A stretch of DNA of 64,000 nt from Diplonema japonicum. Lineage: Eukaryota; Protista; Euglenozoa: Diplonemea. Shown in pieces: positions 40,491 through 52,895 of the stretch. A program made the translations under genes and the position numbers. Below the pieces are notes generated by a model, which ran no database searches, had not been told where the DNA came from, and saw nothing but the letters and a program-made list of their open reading frames with translations. Location: contig OZ025711.1 in assembly GCA_964019335.1 (NCBI GenBank), forward strand, positions 62,001-126,000, read 5' to 3'. Every line of letters begins with the position of its first letter. Position 1 is the first letter of the stretch.

Positions 40491-42486
40491 CTTGGTGGTA
40501 TTAAAAAAAAAAAAAAAAATGTACGGGTAAAGAAGAATGGGGAACGGGGGGGGGGGTGAAGGAAAAGAAAAGAGAGAAAAGAAAAAAAAAAGAAGGGATG
40601 GGTAACCAAGATGGGGAAGAAAAAAAAAAGAAAAGACGGGGGAATAAGAAACCACTAAAAAAAAGGGGGAGTGGGGATGGGGAGATGCAGCAAAAAAAAA
40701 GAAGATGGATGCGGGGGGGGGGGGGGGACACAGCAGGATGCAAGGCGACGGTACACCTTATTTTTTTTTTAAATTCTCTCCTCCCCCAAGGAAGGAAAGA
40801 AGAAGAGTAGAGGAAAGAGGGCGTCGGAGGAACCTAACCCACTACTTCTCTTTCTCTCTATTCCTTTTTTTTTCTTCTTCTTTTTGCTTATGTAGCGTCA
40901 TTCTGGAGCTCTAGTGAAGCCTGGCGCTATTTTCACGGACAGGGGCCTGGGGTGGGGGCTTTCTTTTCTTTTCCCTTCTTTTTCTTCCTGCTTTTCTGTT
41001 TCCTCTATATATATTTTTTTTATCTTCCCCCCCCTACTTCCCTTCCCTTCTTCCCTCTGCTGGTGTGTATAAAGATTTTGCTTTTTTTTTTTTTTTCCTT
41101 CTTCCATTTTATTCCGCATTGGGGTGGGGTCAATTATCTACCTTCCCTCCAATCTCGAGATTTCATTTATTTTTTTGGTGGGGGGGACAAAGGAGAACAG
41201 GGAATGGTAAATAAGAAATGGGGGCACCAAGGAAAATGGGAGGGACCTGAGGCGCTAGGGAGAAGGGCTGCAGGGGAAGGGGACTTGGGTATATGCCGCG
41301 GTCAAAGGACGGGAAAAAAAAAAAAAAAAAAAAAAAAAACAAGCTCCAGTAACTGAAAGGCACCAGTAGAAAGAGCACTGGACTGAGTCCAACTTCCCCC
41401 TTTCCCCCCTCCCCCTTGCCCAAAGTGACACCGGTTGATATCAAACAAAAAAAAGAAGAAAAGGGGAAGGGGGGAAGAAGGGGGGAAAAGGAAATAAAAC
41501 CTAAACAGAAAAAAAAAAAACCCTTATTTTTTTTGTGCTGGTCTTTTCACCACCCACACGGTGGGTTACTAGTTTTTTTTTTTTTTAATTTTTTTTGCTT
41601 TTTTTTCTCTTCTATCCACCCCAAATTTTATTTACACCTCCCCTTCCCTCCCCCCAACTAAGTTCGAAAGCACCACTCAGATTAAGCCAATGATAAAAAC
41701 ACAGCCTTTGGAGGAGTGGGGGGGTATGGGAAAGGGTGGGAAGGTACTAAATGGACGTAATTTTTTTCAGGGGTTCCTTTTTTTTTTTAAATGAGAAAGT
41801 GAAGGGGAGGTGTGACTTAAAAAACTCTTCTTTTCCTTCTTTTTTTTCTTAAAATCAAGATAATTATGTGTTCCCCCCCTCCCCCCCCCCCCCCCACCCA
41901 ATGGGGTTGGTTCTCTTTCTTGTTCTTTTTTTTTAAAAGCTGGAAAGATCTCGTGTAGAGAAAAAAATAGACTTTTTTTCTTTTTCTTTCTGGCTCTAAA
42001 AAAAGGGGGGGGGTCAAAGGGGCATATTGGGTAGGGGGAAGAAAAAAAAAAAAAACAGCGCTCTGGATTTCTAAAGTGAAGTCTTACTTTTTCCCCTCTT
42101 TTTCAGTAAGATTCTGAAGGACAATTCCTATTTTTGCTTCTAACGCAGAAATCGTTTTCATGTTTTATTGTATTTAACTGCACCCGATGGGCATTTTTTT
42201 TTTTTCTATAGTGTCTGAGCATATGGATTTTTTTCCCCCCTCCTCCCATTCCCTCTCCGGAAAAAAAAAAAAAAAAAATCCATTGAGGAAATAGTGGCTT
42301 CAAATTAGAAATCCGAAAGGGTAATTATTCCAAGAAAGGAAGAAAAAAAGGAAATGGGGGGGGCTTGAAAAAAAAATGCAAAATAAATAGGGAAGGGGGG
42401 CGGGGGGGTACAGATTTTGTTTTCTTCAGTAATATCATGGGTTAGAGAGGGGGGGGGGGGGGGGGGGCAAAGAAGGATCAATGCGT

Positions 42487-42838
42487 TTATGTGAGGTGCT
42501 TAGGGAACTGCCAGACCTTCAGGGTATCATCCAGCGAGCACGATACCAATAAGTCTTGGTAAACAGCCGTATGGTAAACAGTACTGTGATGACCAGAGAG
42601 GGTTTCTTTTAGTTCGCCGGTTTCCGTCTCCCAGATCTGAGGGGGAAAAAAAAAAATAAACAAAAAAAAAAGAATACCATGATGCACCAATCACGAGCAC
42701 AAGACACAATGTACTTCCCATCCTTAGCAAAGGTTGCATGGTGGATAGGGGACGGATGCCCCTTGATAGTGCGGATTTCCTTTCGTGTGTTCACATCCCA
42801 CAGCTGTTTTTATTTTATTTTTATTTATATTTTTTTTT

Positions 42839-42872
<34 letters not shown>

Positions 42873-45800
42873 CCAAACCTTGATCTCATGATCCATCGAG
42901 GCAGACAGCAAATACTTGTCATCAGGGCTGAAGGCCACCGACCACACAGTTGCATTGTGGCCACTGAACGAAGCAATGTCCTGACCTTCCTTCCAGTCCC
43001 ACACCTTTTTTTTTTCTTCTTTTTTTTTTTCTTTTTTTGAATACCTTGAGTTTCTTATCATCAGCCGCCGACACAACGTGCCTCCCCGATTGCGAAAAAC
43101 CGCAGGAAAAGACAGCCAGTTGATGCCCTCTCAATGTGGACACCCGTTGCCCGGTGCAAGGGTTCCAGACCTTGCAGGTCTTGTCGCAAGAGGCTGAGAC
43201 AACATGTTGCCCGTTGGGGCTGTATTGGCAGGAGTAGACCTTATCCGTATGGCCCTTCAAAACACACAGTTTCTTCCCGCTGTTTGCATCCCATATCCTG
43301 CAAGTCTTGTCATCTGAAGCAGACACAATATGGTCATCGTTGGGAGAGTAGTCGCATGACAAGACGTAGCCGCCGTGTCCCTTGAAGGTTTGCTTCAGCG
43401 AGCCGTCTCTTGTCGATACTATGCGAAGCGTCCTGTCTCTTGAGCCAGACAGAATCTTCTCTCCGGTTGGGTTGAAGCAGCAGCTGTAGATCGCGGCGGT
43501 GTGCCCTGTGATGGTTTTCAGTTCTTTCTGCTGCTCCGATTGCTGTTGTGCCTTCACCACCGGGTTGGGTGTCTGTTGCATTGCGGTCGTTTGCTCCGTC
43601 AACTGTGGTTTTTTTTTTTTTGGAAAGAAGGAAAAATTTGTGTTTTCTTACCGCGTCGTCCTTCACCTCGCGCTTCTCAGCTGAGCACAGCATCTTCAAC
43701 TTCTTCCCGTCGGACATCTCGAAGAACATCTGCAGGGTGTCCTCGTCGTCCACCTCGATGTTGTCCCCCTCCTCGTCTTCGAACGACAGCACCTGTGCTT
43801 GTGTCTTTTGGTTGTGTAAGGGGTTTGGATACCAGTCTATTTTTCCACTTCTTCTCCACCTCGTTCATCATGTCCTCGAAAGATATGGTGCGCTGCACGT
43901 TTATCATCTTAAACAACTCGGTGCCCTTCATCGCAAGCTTCACTTGCACGTATCCAGGCTGTAGGGGTGGTGGGGTGAAATGGATTTTTTTTTTTTAGGG
44001 GGTTACTGGGTAAACTATCAAATCATTCAAAATGACAAAACCCGGCTCGTCCGCCTCCTCGGAGGCGCCGCCCGGGGGCTTCGGCCGCGAAGAGACGAGC
44101 GAGAAGGGGTGGGCACATCAGGTGCGTAAGTGGTACGACGGGCAGGTGAGGAGCTACGGTTTCCGCCTGCGTTCATGCGGTAACCAAGGAGGACAACTAT
44201 TTCGCTGTCTCTCCTTTATCAGACACGGAGAGGTAAGCGCCGAAGCGACGATCCGCGAGTTGGTTGCGTCGGTGATGGAGTCGAACAAGGAGCTGTACGC
44301 GAGGTTCCTTGCCGTCAGGCTCGACGACTACGTCGCGAGCCTGAGGAAGTGGAATGCAAGGGGCGACGAAGTCGCCATCCTCGCTTACGCGGAGCGCATT
44401 GGCGCGCCCATTGGGCTCGTCAAGACGGACGGGGAGGTCATCACTACACAGATGATCGGCCACGCGCAGGGGGTGCCAGTCGGCTGGCTGGCTGAGATCG
44501 GGGGTGAATACTACGCCCTGAAGAAGGAAGACGCGGACGGCCCGGACGGCCTGTTGACGACCAACCCAGTCCTGGTACGGCCGGAGACCGCATCCCTCCC
44601 GGAGATGATCGCCGGGAAGGAACCCCTCCCACCGAAAACATTTGCGAACTTGAAGCTGCGCGAATTGGATTGGACATTCCCGATCATTACAGACATCATC
44701 GGTGTGACGGAAAACTGCTGTGGTGTCATGCTAGTCGAGCAGGAAGACATGGCAGCGTGCGAATGGCACCTGTCGCACCACAAACCGGAGCACCTCACTC
44801 TCATCTCCCGCCAACCGCTACCAGCGATCCCTGGCAAGAAGCAACAAGTCGCGTTTGACCTTCCAGACCGCTCCGGCACGACATCACTGACAGTTTGGAT
44901 GTCACATATGGGTTGGTCCGATCTCGCCCCCATGGCAAGACAGGCGGAAACCATCAAGAAGAAGTGCACGACGCTGGTGCATCTCACGCTACACAAGAAG
45001 TCCTCGTTGGATGAGGCCAACAAAATGTTCACCACCTGGGTTGGAGGTAGGGACTTCGACCTCTCCAGGCCGAGGGTATACCCGGAGTGCGCGAAGACCA
45101 CGGTCTGTGTGGCATCCAACAGAGCACCGGAGCTACTAGGTAGGAGTGGCAAGGACGGGATCACCGCAAGGCTGCCGATGGATGAGACCTCTGACAGCGT
45201 GGTGTGGCTGAAGAAGGGTATGACACTCGAGATGGCCGTCTCGGTGGCACAGAAGTACCAGCAATACGCTGGGGTTGCGGTGGACCAGCGACAGCGGGTT
45301 GGTATTCGTGTGGCGCCGGGTACAGCGGAGAACGAACTCCGGAAGAACCTCGAAGCCAAGGGTCTAGCGACACCGCAGACGGAGGCTTGGTATCTGGAGA
45401 AGGTGCCACGCGACATGAGACCAACAGAGCTCAAGACGATGTTGGCTGCATGGGGGTGGACGGTCGAGGTGACTCGGTCATCCCTAAGAGGGTCGACCAA
45501 AAGGTGGATGCTGCTAGCACAGAAGGAGCCACCCGGGTTCGAGGTGCCGCTGGTCGGTGGGATCGGACTGCTAAGGAAGAAGAACGAGCGCCGAGTGGAC
45601 GCCAAGATGGAGGAGACCGACGCGGAGAAGGGCGACGTGACATCGAAGACTGTGGTAAACCAAAGACCGAAAAAGACGGCTGGGGCGAAGGCGAAGAACC
45701 CGAATGCGAGAGACCCGAAGGCGAAAAACCCAAAGGCGAAAAACCCGAAGGCGAAGAAGGAAGGTGTAGGGATCGGCGGGACTGTGACGTTCCAAGGTGG

Positions 45801-48800
45801 CACGACGAGCGCCTGGAAACCCCAACAACCTTCGTTGTCGTCCCCGCAGCCTACACCACCGAACTGGGCGGACATGGTGAACGGCATCATCGCAGAGGCA
45901 CTGAAACCCATCGTCCAACAGATCCAGCAACTGCAGCAGGCCGTACAGCAGGTTACCGCTACCAAGAAACCAGAACCGACCCCGCCCACCCAAGACCCGC
46001 TTGGAGCTACCGATGTGGTACAAAGGTTGATCGCGCAGGCAATGGCGCCTATGGTGCAACAGCTAGGCGCAACTCAACAACTTCTACAACAACATCAACA
46101 AAAACAACAACATCAGAAGTGTGCAACAGGGAAGAGCACACATCGCCAAAGATGAGGACCCGTATCATGATCTTCCTCCCAATCAGTGTTCCCCTGCTCT
46201 GCTACCCCCCTTCAGTGTTTAGCATGAGCCCCTACTTCTCCCTTCCCCGAATATGCAACCAAAAACATGCATATTCAAACATCGCGATGGAGGCACTCCT
46301 CAGGCTGTTAGCTGATGGTGATGTGCACCCCAACCCTGGCCCGCCGTGCAAGAAGATATCCCTCAAGGTGAAGACGACAGGATTATGGAAGGACTTCTAC
46401 GTTCCAGCGGGAGAACCTCAAGGCACGAAAGGTAGTGTTCCGCGTCCGCCCTTGACATCGATAGGTGATGCGAAAACGTGCGACACAGTGACGATAACAT
46501 CGGTTAACGTTACTTCGTGGAACAACACATTCCACATCCTCAAAAAGGTAACAGCCAATATCCTGTGTGTTCAGGAGACGGCGCTGACGGCTACGACACA
46601 ATTCCAAGTGGCTACAACAATGAAGGGGGATCCGGGTATGACGCAGAGGCGTGTCATATTTGGGAAACCGCAACGTGGACTGATGCTGGACGGTGTTGAA
46701 TCCCCAACCTTAGCGGAGAGGGGAGGCGTCGCCACATTATACCGTATTCCCGGCACCTGCATAGAACAGCATGTCCTCCCGGATGTTGGACAGCAGACGA
46801 GATTCCAACATGTAATGTACGCGATGGGTGAAGGCAACAGGTGGTTACACGTAGTTAACCTGTACGCCGATGTTGATAAGTCGAAGGCTGGAGTCGCTGC
46901 TCGCGAAACCTTACTTTGCAATATCCTAAACCGATTGCGGATATCGCTAGGCCAGGTCCCGATCATTGTAGTTGGAGATATGAACACTACAATCGATGCA
47001 TCTCCTACATTGCAACATGCGCTTAACACGCACTGGGTGGACGCATCCGCGATGTTTGCAAAACATCAAGGGAGGGACCCAAGCCCCACCTACGTTACTG
47101 CCGTTGCAGCCACAAGACCCGACTACATCCTGATGAACCCCATAGCTGCAAGACCACGCAAACCGTACGGCGCGACAGTGGGCAGATCACCGCTAACGCA
47201 GTCGAAATGTTGAGGACCTTGGAGCAGCATTGGGCGAAAGTTTTCTGCCTCTTCGGAAACGGAGAGACCAAGCCGTCGTACAAGAAATTCAAAGCGACCT
47301 ACGGACAGTTCATCAAACGCACCGAAATGACATGTCCTCTGATTACGGTGCAGGACTTGCGCGTAGTCCTCGCGAGAACGAAGAAGAAGACTGCGTGTGC
47401 TGTTGACGGGTGGCGCTTTGCTGAGCTCCATTGTCTGCCGGACGATGTTCTTGGCTCATTCGCGGACCTTTTCAATGCTATTGAGCTACAAGGTCGTTGG
47501 CCCGACACTGTGATGACTGCGTTGATCTCGATGCTCCCGAAAAATGGTACAGGCCAACCGCTTGACCATCGACCGATCACCGTCACCAGTGTGATTTACC
47601 GCCTGTGGGCCTGTGTCCGACTCAAACATGTTCTCGAATGGCAGGAGAAATGGATCGATCCCACCATGCACGGCTTCAGGCCCAAACACGGAGCTGACCA
47701 TGTCCTCATGGACATATCGACAATGGTAGAGGATGCACTTCTAGGTGGGAGGCCACTGTATGGCTTAGCGCTGGACTTCCAAAAGTGCTTTGATCGAGTT
47801 CCGCAGGAGATTGCCCTTTCGTTAGTAGAGGACCTTGGCCTGAGCGTATCCATCACCCGTCCGATGCGATACGTGTATGAGAATCTGCAACGCCGACTAA
47901 AACTACCGCTTGGGGTAGGCGAGGTGCTACACGTGGACAATGGAATCCTCCAGGGTGCCCGCTGTCGGCCGTTCTGATCAACGCACTGCTGTCGATCATG
48001 GTCAAAGAAATCGGACACTTGACGAAGGCAAAAAACAACCTCATACGCCGATGATGTGACGATGTACAGCAGGAAGTCAGAACGACACGTACAGCGAGCT
48101 GTTGATAGAGTATCCGAGTTCTGTAAAATCACAGGGATGGCTCTGAACCACGAGAAGACGCTTGCTTTCAGCACCGTGAAGAAGTATACGTCAACTCTAC
48201 GACAGGGTGGATTTACGTTTGCTACGAAGAAGAAGGTGAAGATCCTTGGAGTCACTCTGTCAATGGAAAGGAAAGGTAGGGCTGACAACAAGAGGGTGGA
48301 GAAAGCGGTCGAGACAGCCAAGAGACTGGCCGCGTTACAACTACCCTTTACAAAGAAAGCCCTCATCGTGAGCCAATCTATTCTACCCGCTGCCTTATAC
48401 GGTGCGCCACATGCCCCACCGTCAAACGCGAAGATCGACGCCCTTAGGATCGCTGTAACAGATTGTCTGTGGGGTCCGTACAACACCACGCGCTCATCGG
48501 GCGCGCTCTTGAACATCGCACTACCGGGCCACACACGACCCTCTTGCTGCCTTTGCCTACAAGACGGCGGGCACCGTCCTGAGGCTAGCGGAAAATCGAA
48601 GAATACGAAAGCGTGCAAGAAAGATCCGGAAGAAGTACACGAAGAATATGAGGTCCGCTGGTCCCATAGGAACACTCCTGCGTCTTCTGGAACCAGCCAA
48701 GCTCGGATGGCCTTGGGCCAGGGCCCTCTTGGGCGTGCATAAAGCTGCCAGAGGTCATGAGATACGGCGAGTGACGAAAGCGATCAGAAGGAACGCAGTT

Positions 48801-49859
48801 GCCAAAGGCAGACCCTCCTTTATTGGTGTCGGCCGCGCAATTGACGAAGTCCGCACTAACGAGGTGTGGAAGAGTGCCAGGTCCGTGCAAGAGGAACGAC
48901 TTGGCTTGAGGATGATCACGGGTGCCATGTTCCGCAGCTACCCGATCGTCGAACCAGAGGTACAATGTATTGGGTGTGAGGCGCTCTTCACCACGCAAGA
49001 CGAGTACACCATACACACGTTCTGGAAATGCAAGGCACACGAAGAGGTACGCGGTGCACCTGAGTTCGCCCCTGCAATGCATGCATACAGGCAAGAGGGG
49101 ATCACACGCTGCCTTGCACTACACGGCATCATCCCTCTGGAATGTAAGACGGAACGGCCAGAGGTAATACAACAGATGCTGCTTGCGATCATCAGGAGAG
49201 TGAGCGCGAAGCAGGAAACGAAGAAGGCCGCGGTAGAAAGGTTCCCTTGGAACAGACCGCTGGTTGGAAGAGGGTGCTCGGTGCCAAGCCTGGATTGGTA
49301 CAAGAACAACGGACTGAAACACTTCCAAGGGGATACGATTGTCCCAGAAGTGCTCAAATGGCTTCGCATGCTGCAGTGGAGCCCACATGGTTCAGTCTCA
49401 AGGATAGAGCTCGCACTCGACTTTGAGGCCACGACCAAACAGCTCATCTTGGAAGATACGGCTGACGTACGTAAGCGTGCAAACCGGCTAGCTAAAGTTC
49501 TGACAAAACTGTCAGAGGTGGCCGAAAAGAAAGCACGACCCCCTCCTATCCCCGGGAAACCTTTCTTGACATCCTCCCTCCGATCCATTGGTGCAAACAA
49601 ACGGATCCGAGGGTATACCTGCAGACCCACATTCGCATCGTACGACAAGGTGCGCTTCATCCTCGAACAGCGACTCGCAACCGGTTCACCGGGGAGAGAC
49701 GACTGGAGCGACAAGTTCGTGCCGACCTACCTCGAACCTACCCGAAGTATCCCCACCCCATCTGCCGATAAAAATGCAGCGACGCAGAAGGGTAACAACA
49801 CAAGATAGACCCCCCACCACGCTGCACACTTAACGCCAAATAGTGTTGCAACCAAAGCC

Positions 49860-49890
<31 letters not shown>

Positions 49891-50689
49891 GAATTTGTTA
49901 TTGTACACACCCTAGCAGACAGCGGGGGTTCGGCAACGCGTGGCGAGACAGTTTCGTTGTTGTCGCTGCGGTTGGTGTACTGCCCAGCAGAGTGGTCGTT
50001 GAGTTCAGGGGTTTCCTGGTTTTTTTTTTTTTTTTCTTCTTCGTGTGTATACATCATTTAGGACACTTTCGATAAAGCTCTCAATAGCTTCTTGCTTCTG
50101 GGCCGAAAATAGAACAGGTTTCCTTGAGCTCAGTGGTTGCTGTTCGTCGTCAGATCCCTCTCTCCTTCTCCTCCTTTTATCGTCGCCCCCGTCCTCGCTT
50201 CTGTCCCTCCTCCTTCTTCCTTTGCTGCTATCTCTTCTCCTCCTCCCGCTCCTCGATCTGCTGTGTTTGCCCCCGTCCTCTCCTTCTAGTCTGTCAGATT
50301 TCCGGCTTCTTTCTTCGTCGTCTTCTTTGGGTTTTTTCTCGGATTTTTTCTCCGGCTTTTCACCGGAATCTGCCGTGCTTTCTTTTTTCTTTTTTTCTTC
50401 CTTCTTCCTTTTCTTCTCTTCCTGTTTCTTGAGCTCTTTTTCGTACAGCTTCATCAGCTCCGCGGGTTCGTGATCGCCATCGAAATTTTGACTGTAACAT
50501 TCAGCTAGGTAGTCTCTCTGTTGTTGGAATGCGAAGTTACTTTTCAAAACGGTGACATACCGTCACATCTGGTGACTTATTTGTCTTAATGAACATTTCG
50601 AAGAAGTCCTGTTCTCGCTTCTCAGGATATCCGGAATACGTGAACTTCCGGGTCCCCATTGTGAACTTCAACTGCTGTTTATCGGACAT
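42487..50689 (-). CDS. Charged N-terminus + PB1-like domain + WD40-repeat protein (9 exons; intron 3 holds a retrotransposon)
   Basis: Spliced path MSDKQ..PDVT|RDY..LND|ETP..SAR|PGYVQVK..NRL|VLSFEDEEGDNIEVDDEDTL (OPCA-like)..DDA|LTEQ, then GH..WD repeats, all with GT-AG junctions. Confidence 0.8.
44032..46155 (+). CDS. Retrotransposon ORF1 with N-terminal OTU-like domain, 707 aa
   Basis: GNQGGQLFRCLS...IRELVASVM...YARFL...DYVASL...GDEVAILAYA resembles the OTU fold; KAKNP repeats and a Q-rich tail. Confidence 0.7.
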   Translation: MTKPGSSASSEAPPGGFGREETSEKGWAHQVRKWYDGQVRSYGFRLRSCGNQGGQLFRCLSFIRHGEVSAEATIRELVASVMESNKELYARFLAVRLDDYVASLRKWNARGDEVAILAYAERIGAPIGLVKTDGEVITTQMIGHAQGVPVGWLAEIGGEYYALKKEDADGPDGLLTTNPVLVRPETASLPEMIAGKEPLPPKTFANLKLRELDWTFPIITDIIGVTENCCGVMLVEQEDMAACEWHLSHHKPEHLTLISRQPLPAIPGKKQQVAFDLPDRSGTTSLTVWMSHMGWSDLAPMARQAETIKKKCTTLVHLTLHKKSSLDEANKMFTTWVGGRDFDLSRPRVYPECAKTTVCVASNRAPELLGRSGKDGITARLPMDETSDSVVWLKKGMTLEMAVSVAQKYQQYAGVAVDQRQRVGIRVAPGTAENELRKNLEAKGLATPQTEAWYLEKVPRDMRPTELKTMLAAWGWTVEVTRSSLRGSTKRWMLLAQKEPPGFEVPLVGGIGLLRKKNERRVDAKMEETDAEKGDVTSKTVVNQRPKKTAGAKAKNPNARDPKAKNPKAKNPKAKKEGVGIGGTVTFQGGTTSAWKPQQPSLSSPQPTPPNWADMVNGIIAEALKPIVQQIQQLQQAVQQVTATKKPEPTPPTQDPLGATDVVQRLIAQAMAPMVQQLGATQQLLQQHQQKQQHQKCATGKSTHRQR
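46152..49808 (+). pseudogene. Retrotransposon ORF2 (2A-like peptide, APE endonuclease, RT, CCHC-like motif), frameshifted
   Basis: DGDVHPNPGP; SVNVTSW, LCVQET, VVGDMN, RPDYIL; HRPITVTS, HGFRP, LDFQKCFDRV, GILQG, SYADD; CIGC..HTFWKC. Frame breaks near 47155, 47960, 48030 and 48550-48700. Confidence 0.88.
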
Positions 50690-50761
50690 TTTGCCCTGTC
50701 CCTCCCAGCTACTGTGAGGGGGTGGGTGAATAAATAGTTTTTCTTTTCAATGGGATCGTGT

Positions 50762-52600
50762 TGATCAGCAGCTTATGTGGAAACGTTCGTATCATTCAAT
50801 TGTCAAACTCGAAAGATGGTGATTTAGTTTTTGTTTGTCATCATTTGTGTTGGATTTCTACTGGTTTTTCTTGCAGTCGAAAAAAAAAAAAACTCGATAA
50901 AGTTTCAGTGTGCGGTGTTCACCGTGAAAAAAAAAAAAGAGGGTGGATACGATCAGGCCTGTTGAGTTTGACATAATTTTTGTGGTTTAGCTCCACACGG
51001 AGGTCAGTGACAGTGATCTCCATAAAGCCGAAACAATCTTATGCATCATGTGTAGTTTGTTAAAGGAAAAAACAAAAAAAGCCACAAAAAGCATCCCTCT
51101 GGGGTTTAAAGAAAAGCATTGGGTGTGTTCACAAAATAGATTTTTCACTATATCACTTGTGTCATCATAGGGGTACCGGTTTCAGGTGTGTCACACAGGT
51201 GATGTATTACACATGGTTGTCCCACGCCGCGTCAGGGCCTGAAGGCTGCACAGCTGGGTTAGAATATGTGTACCGCAGCAAGGGGCTTGCGCCCCCTGTT
51301 GGCTTGCTTTACGAGCCGATCAGCGGGGAGCTGTGCACCATCAGCAAGGTGCCTCCCATCCAAGTGTCGGTCGAAGAATGTTGGGGGAAATGATGTGTTT
51401 GGTCTCTTCTTCCTTCAGGCGTCCTGCCACATACCGCAGGTACCCTTAAATGTCTCTTTTTTTTTTTTTTTTTTCCCGCTCTCCCTTCCTTTTGGGTTTT
51501 GATCAGGCCTGTTGAGTTTGACATAATTTTTGTGGTTTAGCTCCACACGGAGGTCAGTGACAGTGATCTCCATAAAGCTGAAACAATTTCATGCATCATG
51601 TGTAGTTTGCAAAAGGAAAACAAAAAGACATTCACAACCATAAAAAGCCTCCCTCTGGGGTTTAAAGAAAAGCATTGGGTGTGTTCACAAAGAGACCTTC
51701 ACTATATCACTTGTGTCATCACAGGGCGGGTGTCCCTCCCTCGTGTCCACAGTCCATCAGCAGCTTATGTGGAAACGTTCGTATCATTCAATTGTCAAAC
51801 TCGAAAGATGGTGATTTAGTTTTTGTTTGTCATCACTTGTGGTTTCTGAGTTTCAACTGCTCTTCTTTAGCCAAATAAAAAAAGGGCGGTGTTTTTGATC
51901 AGGCCTGTTGAGTTTGACATAATTTTTGTGGTTTAGCTCCACACGGAGGTCAGTGACAGTGATCTCCATAAAGCCGAAACAATTTCATGCATCATGTGTA
52001 GTTTGTTAAAGGAAAAACAAAAAAAGCCACAAAAAGCATCCCTCTGGGGTTTAAAGAAAAGCATTGGGTGTGTTCACAAAGAGACTTTCACTATATCACT
52101 TGTGTCATCATAGGGGTACCGGTTTCAGGTGTGTCACACAGGTGATGTATTACACATGGTTGTCCCACGCCGCGTCAGGGCCTGAAGGCTGCACAGCTGG
52201 GTTAGAATATGTGTACCGCAGCAAGGGGCTTGCACCCCCTGTTGGCTTGCTTTACGAGCCGATCAGCGGGGAGCTGTGCACCATCAGCAAGGTGCCTCCC
52301 ATCCAAGTGTCGGTCGATGTTTGGGGATGTGATGTGTTTGGTTTCTTTTCCTTTTGGGTTTTGATCAGGCCTGTTGAGTTTGACATAATTTTTGTGGTTT
52401 AGCTCCACACGGAGGTCAGTGACAGTGATCTCCATAAAGCCGAAACAATTTCATGCATCATGTGTAGGTGTCCCCGTTCTGGGGCTTCGGCGGGTGCCAC
52501 AATATGTGTATCGCAGCAAAAGACTTGCGCCCCCTGTTGGCTTGCCTTACGAGCCGATCAGCGGGGAGCTGTGCACCATCAGCAAGGTGCCTCCCATCTG
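50762..52600 (-). ncRNA. snoRNA array locus 2 (B A C D A C B A C D A D-degenerate)
   Basis: A at 50953, 51503, 51899, 52365; B at 50765, 51757; D at 51200, 52143, with a partial copy at ~52500-52599. Confidence 0.8.
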
Positions 52601-52895
52601 GGATTAAAAGCACCAACACACGGAACAAAATTAGAAAAAAAAAAAAGCAAAAATACTAAGGAAAGCGAAAAGGCGGAATAAGGAATAACTAATAAGATAA
52701 CGGTCGCACACTGAAGTGCAGAACCCGATCGCACAAGTGACCATATCTAGTGTCCCGTGTCGATACAAGGACAAAAAGAGAACAGGACGGGGACGGGGGG
52801 GGGTGGAAAAATGAACAAATGTGAACAATAATAATAAAAAGGGAATTTACAGGGAAGAAAAAAAAAGAAGAAGAAAAAAAAAAGAGAAAAAAAAC

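Larger units (their letters stand above)
44005..49850 (+). mobile_element. Non-LTR (APE-type) retrotransposon, degenerate, antisense within intron 43959-49910
   Basis: ORF1 plus a broken ORF2 with APE, RT and C-terminal Cys/His motifs. Exact ends and TSD were not resolved. Confidence 0.88.

Noticed and set aside
44511-45989. 492-aa antisense ORF in the retroelement
   Set aside because: Explained by the codon bias of ORF1; no recognisable motifs.
52468-52496. ~28-nt similarity to 9493-9521 (GTCCCCGTTCTGGGG..GGCGGG)
   Set aside because: Too short and imperfect to interpret without a genome-wide search.
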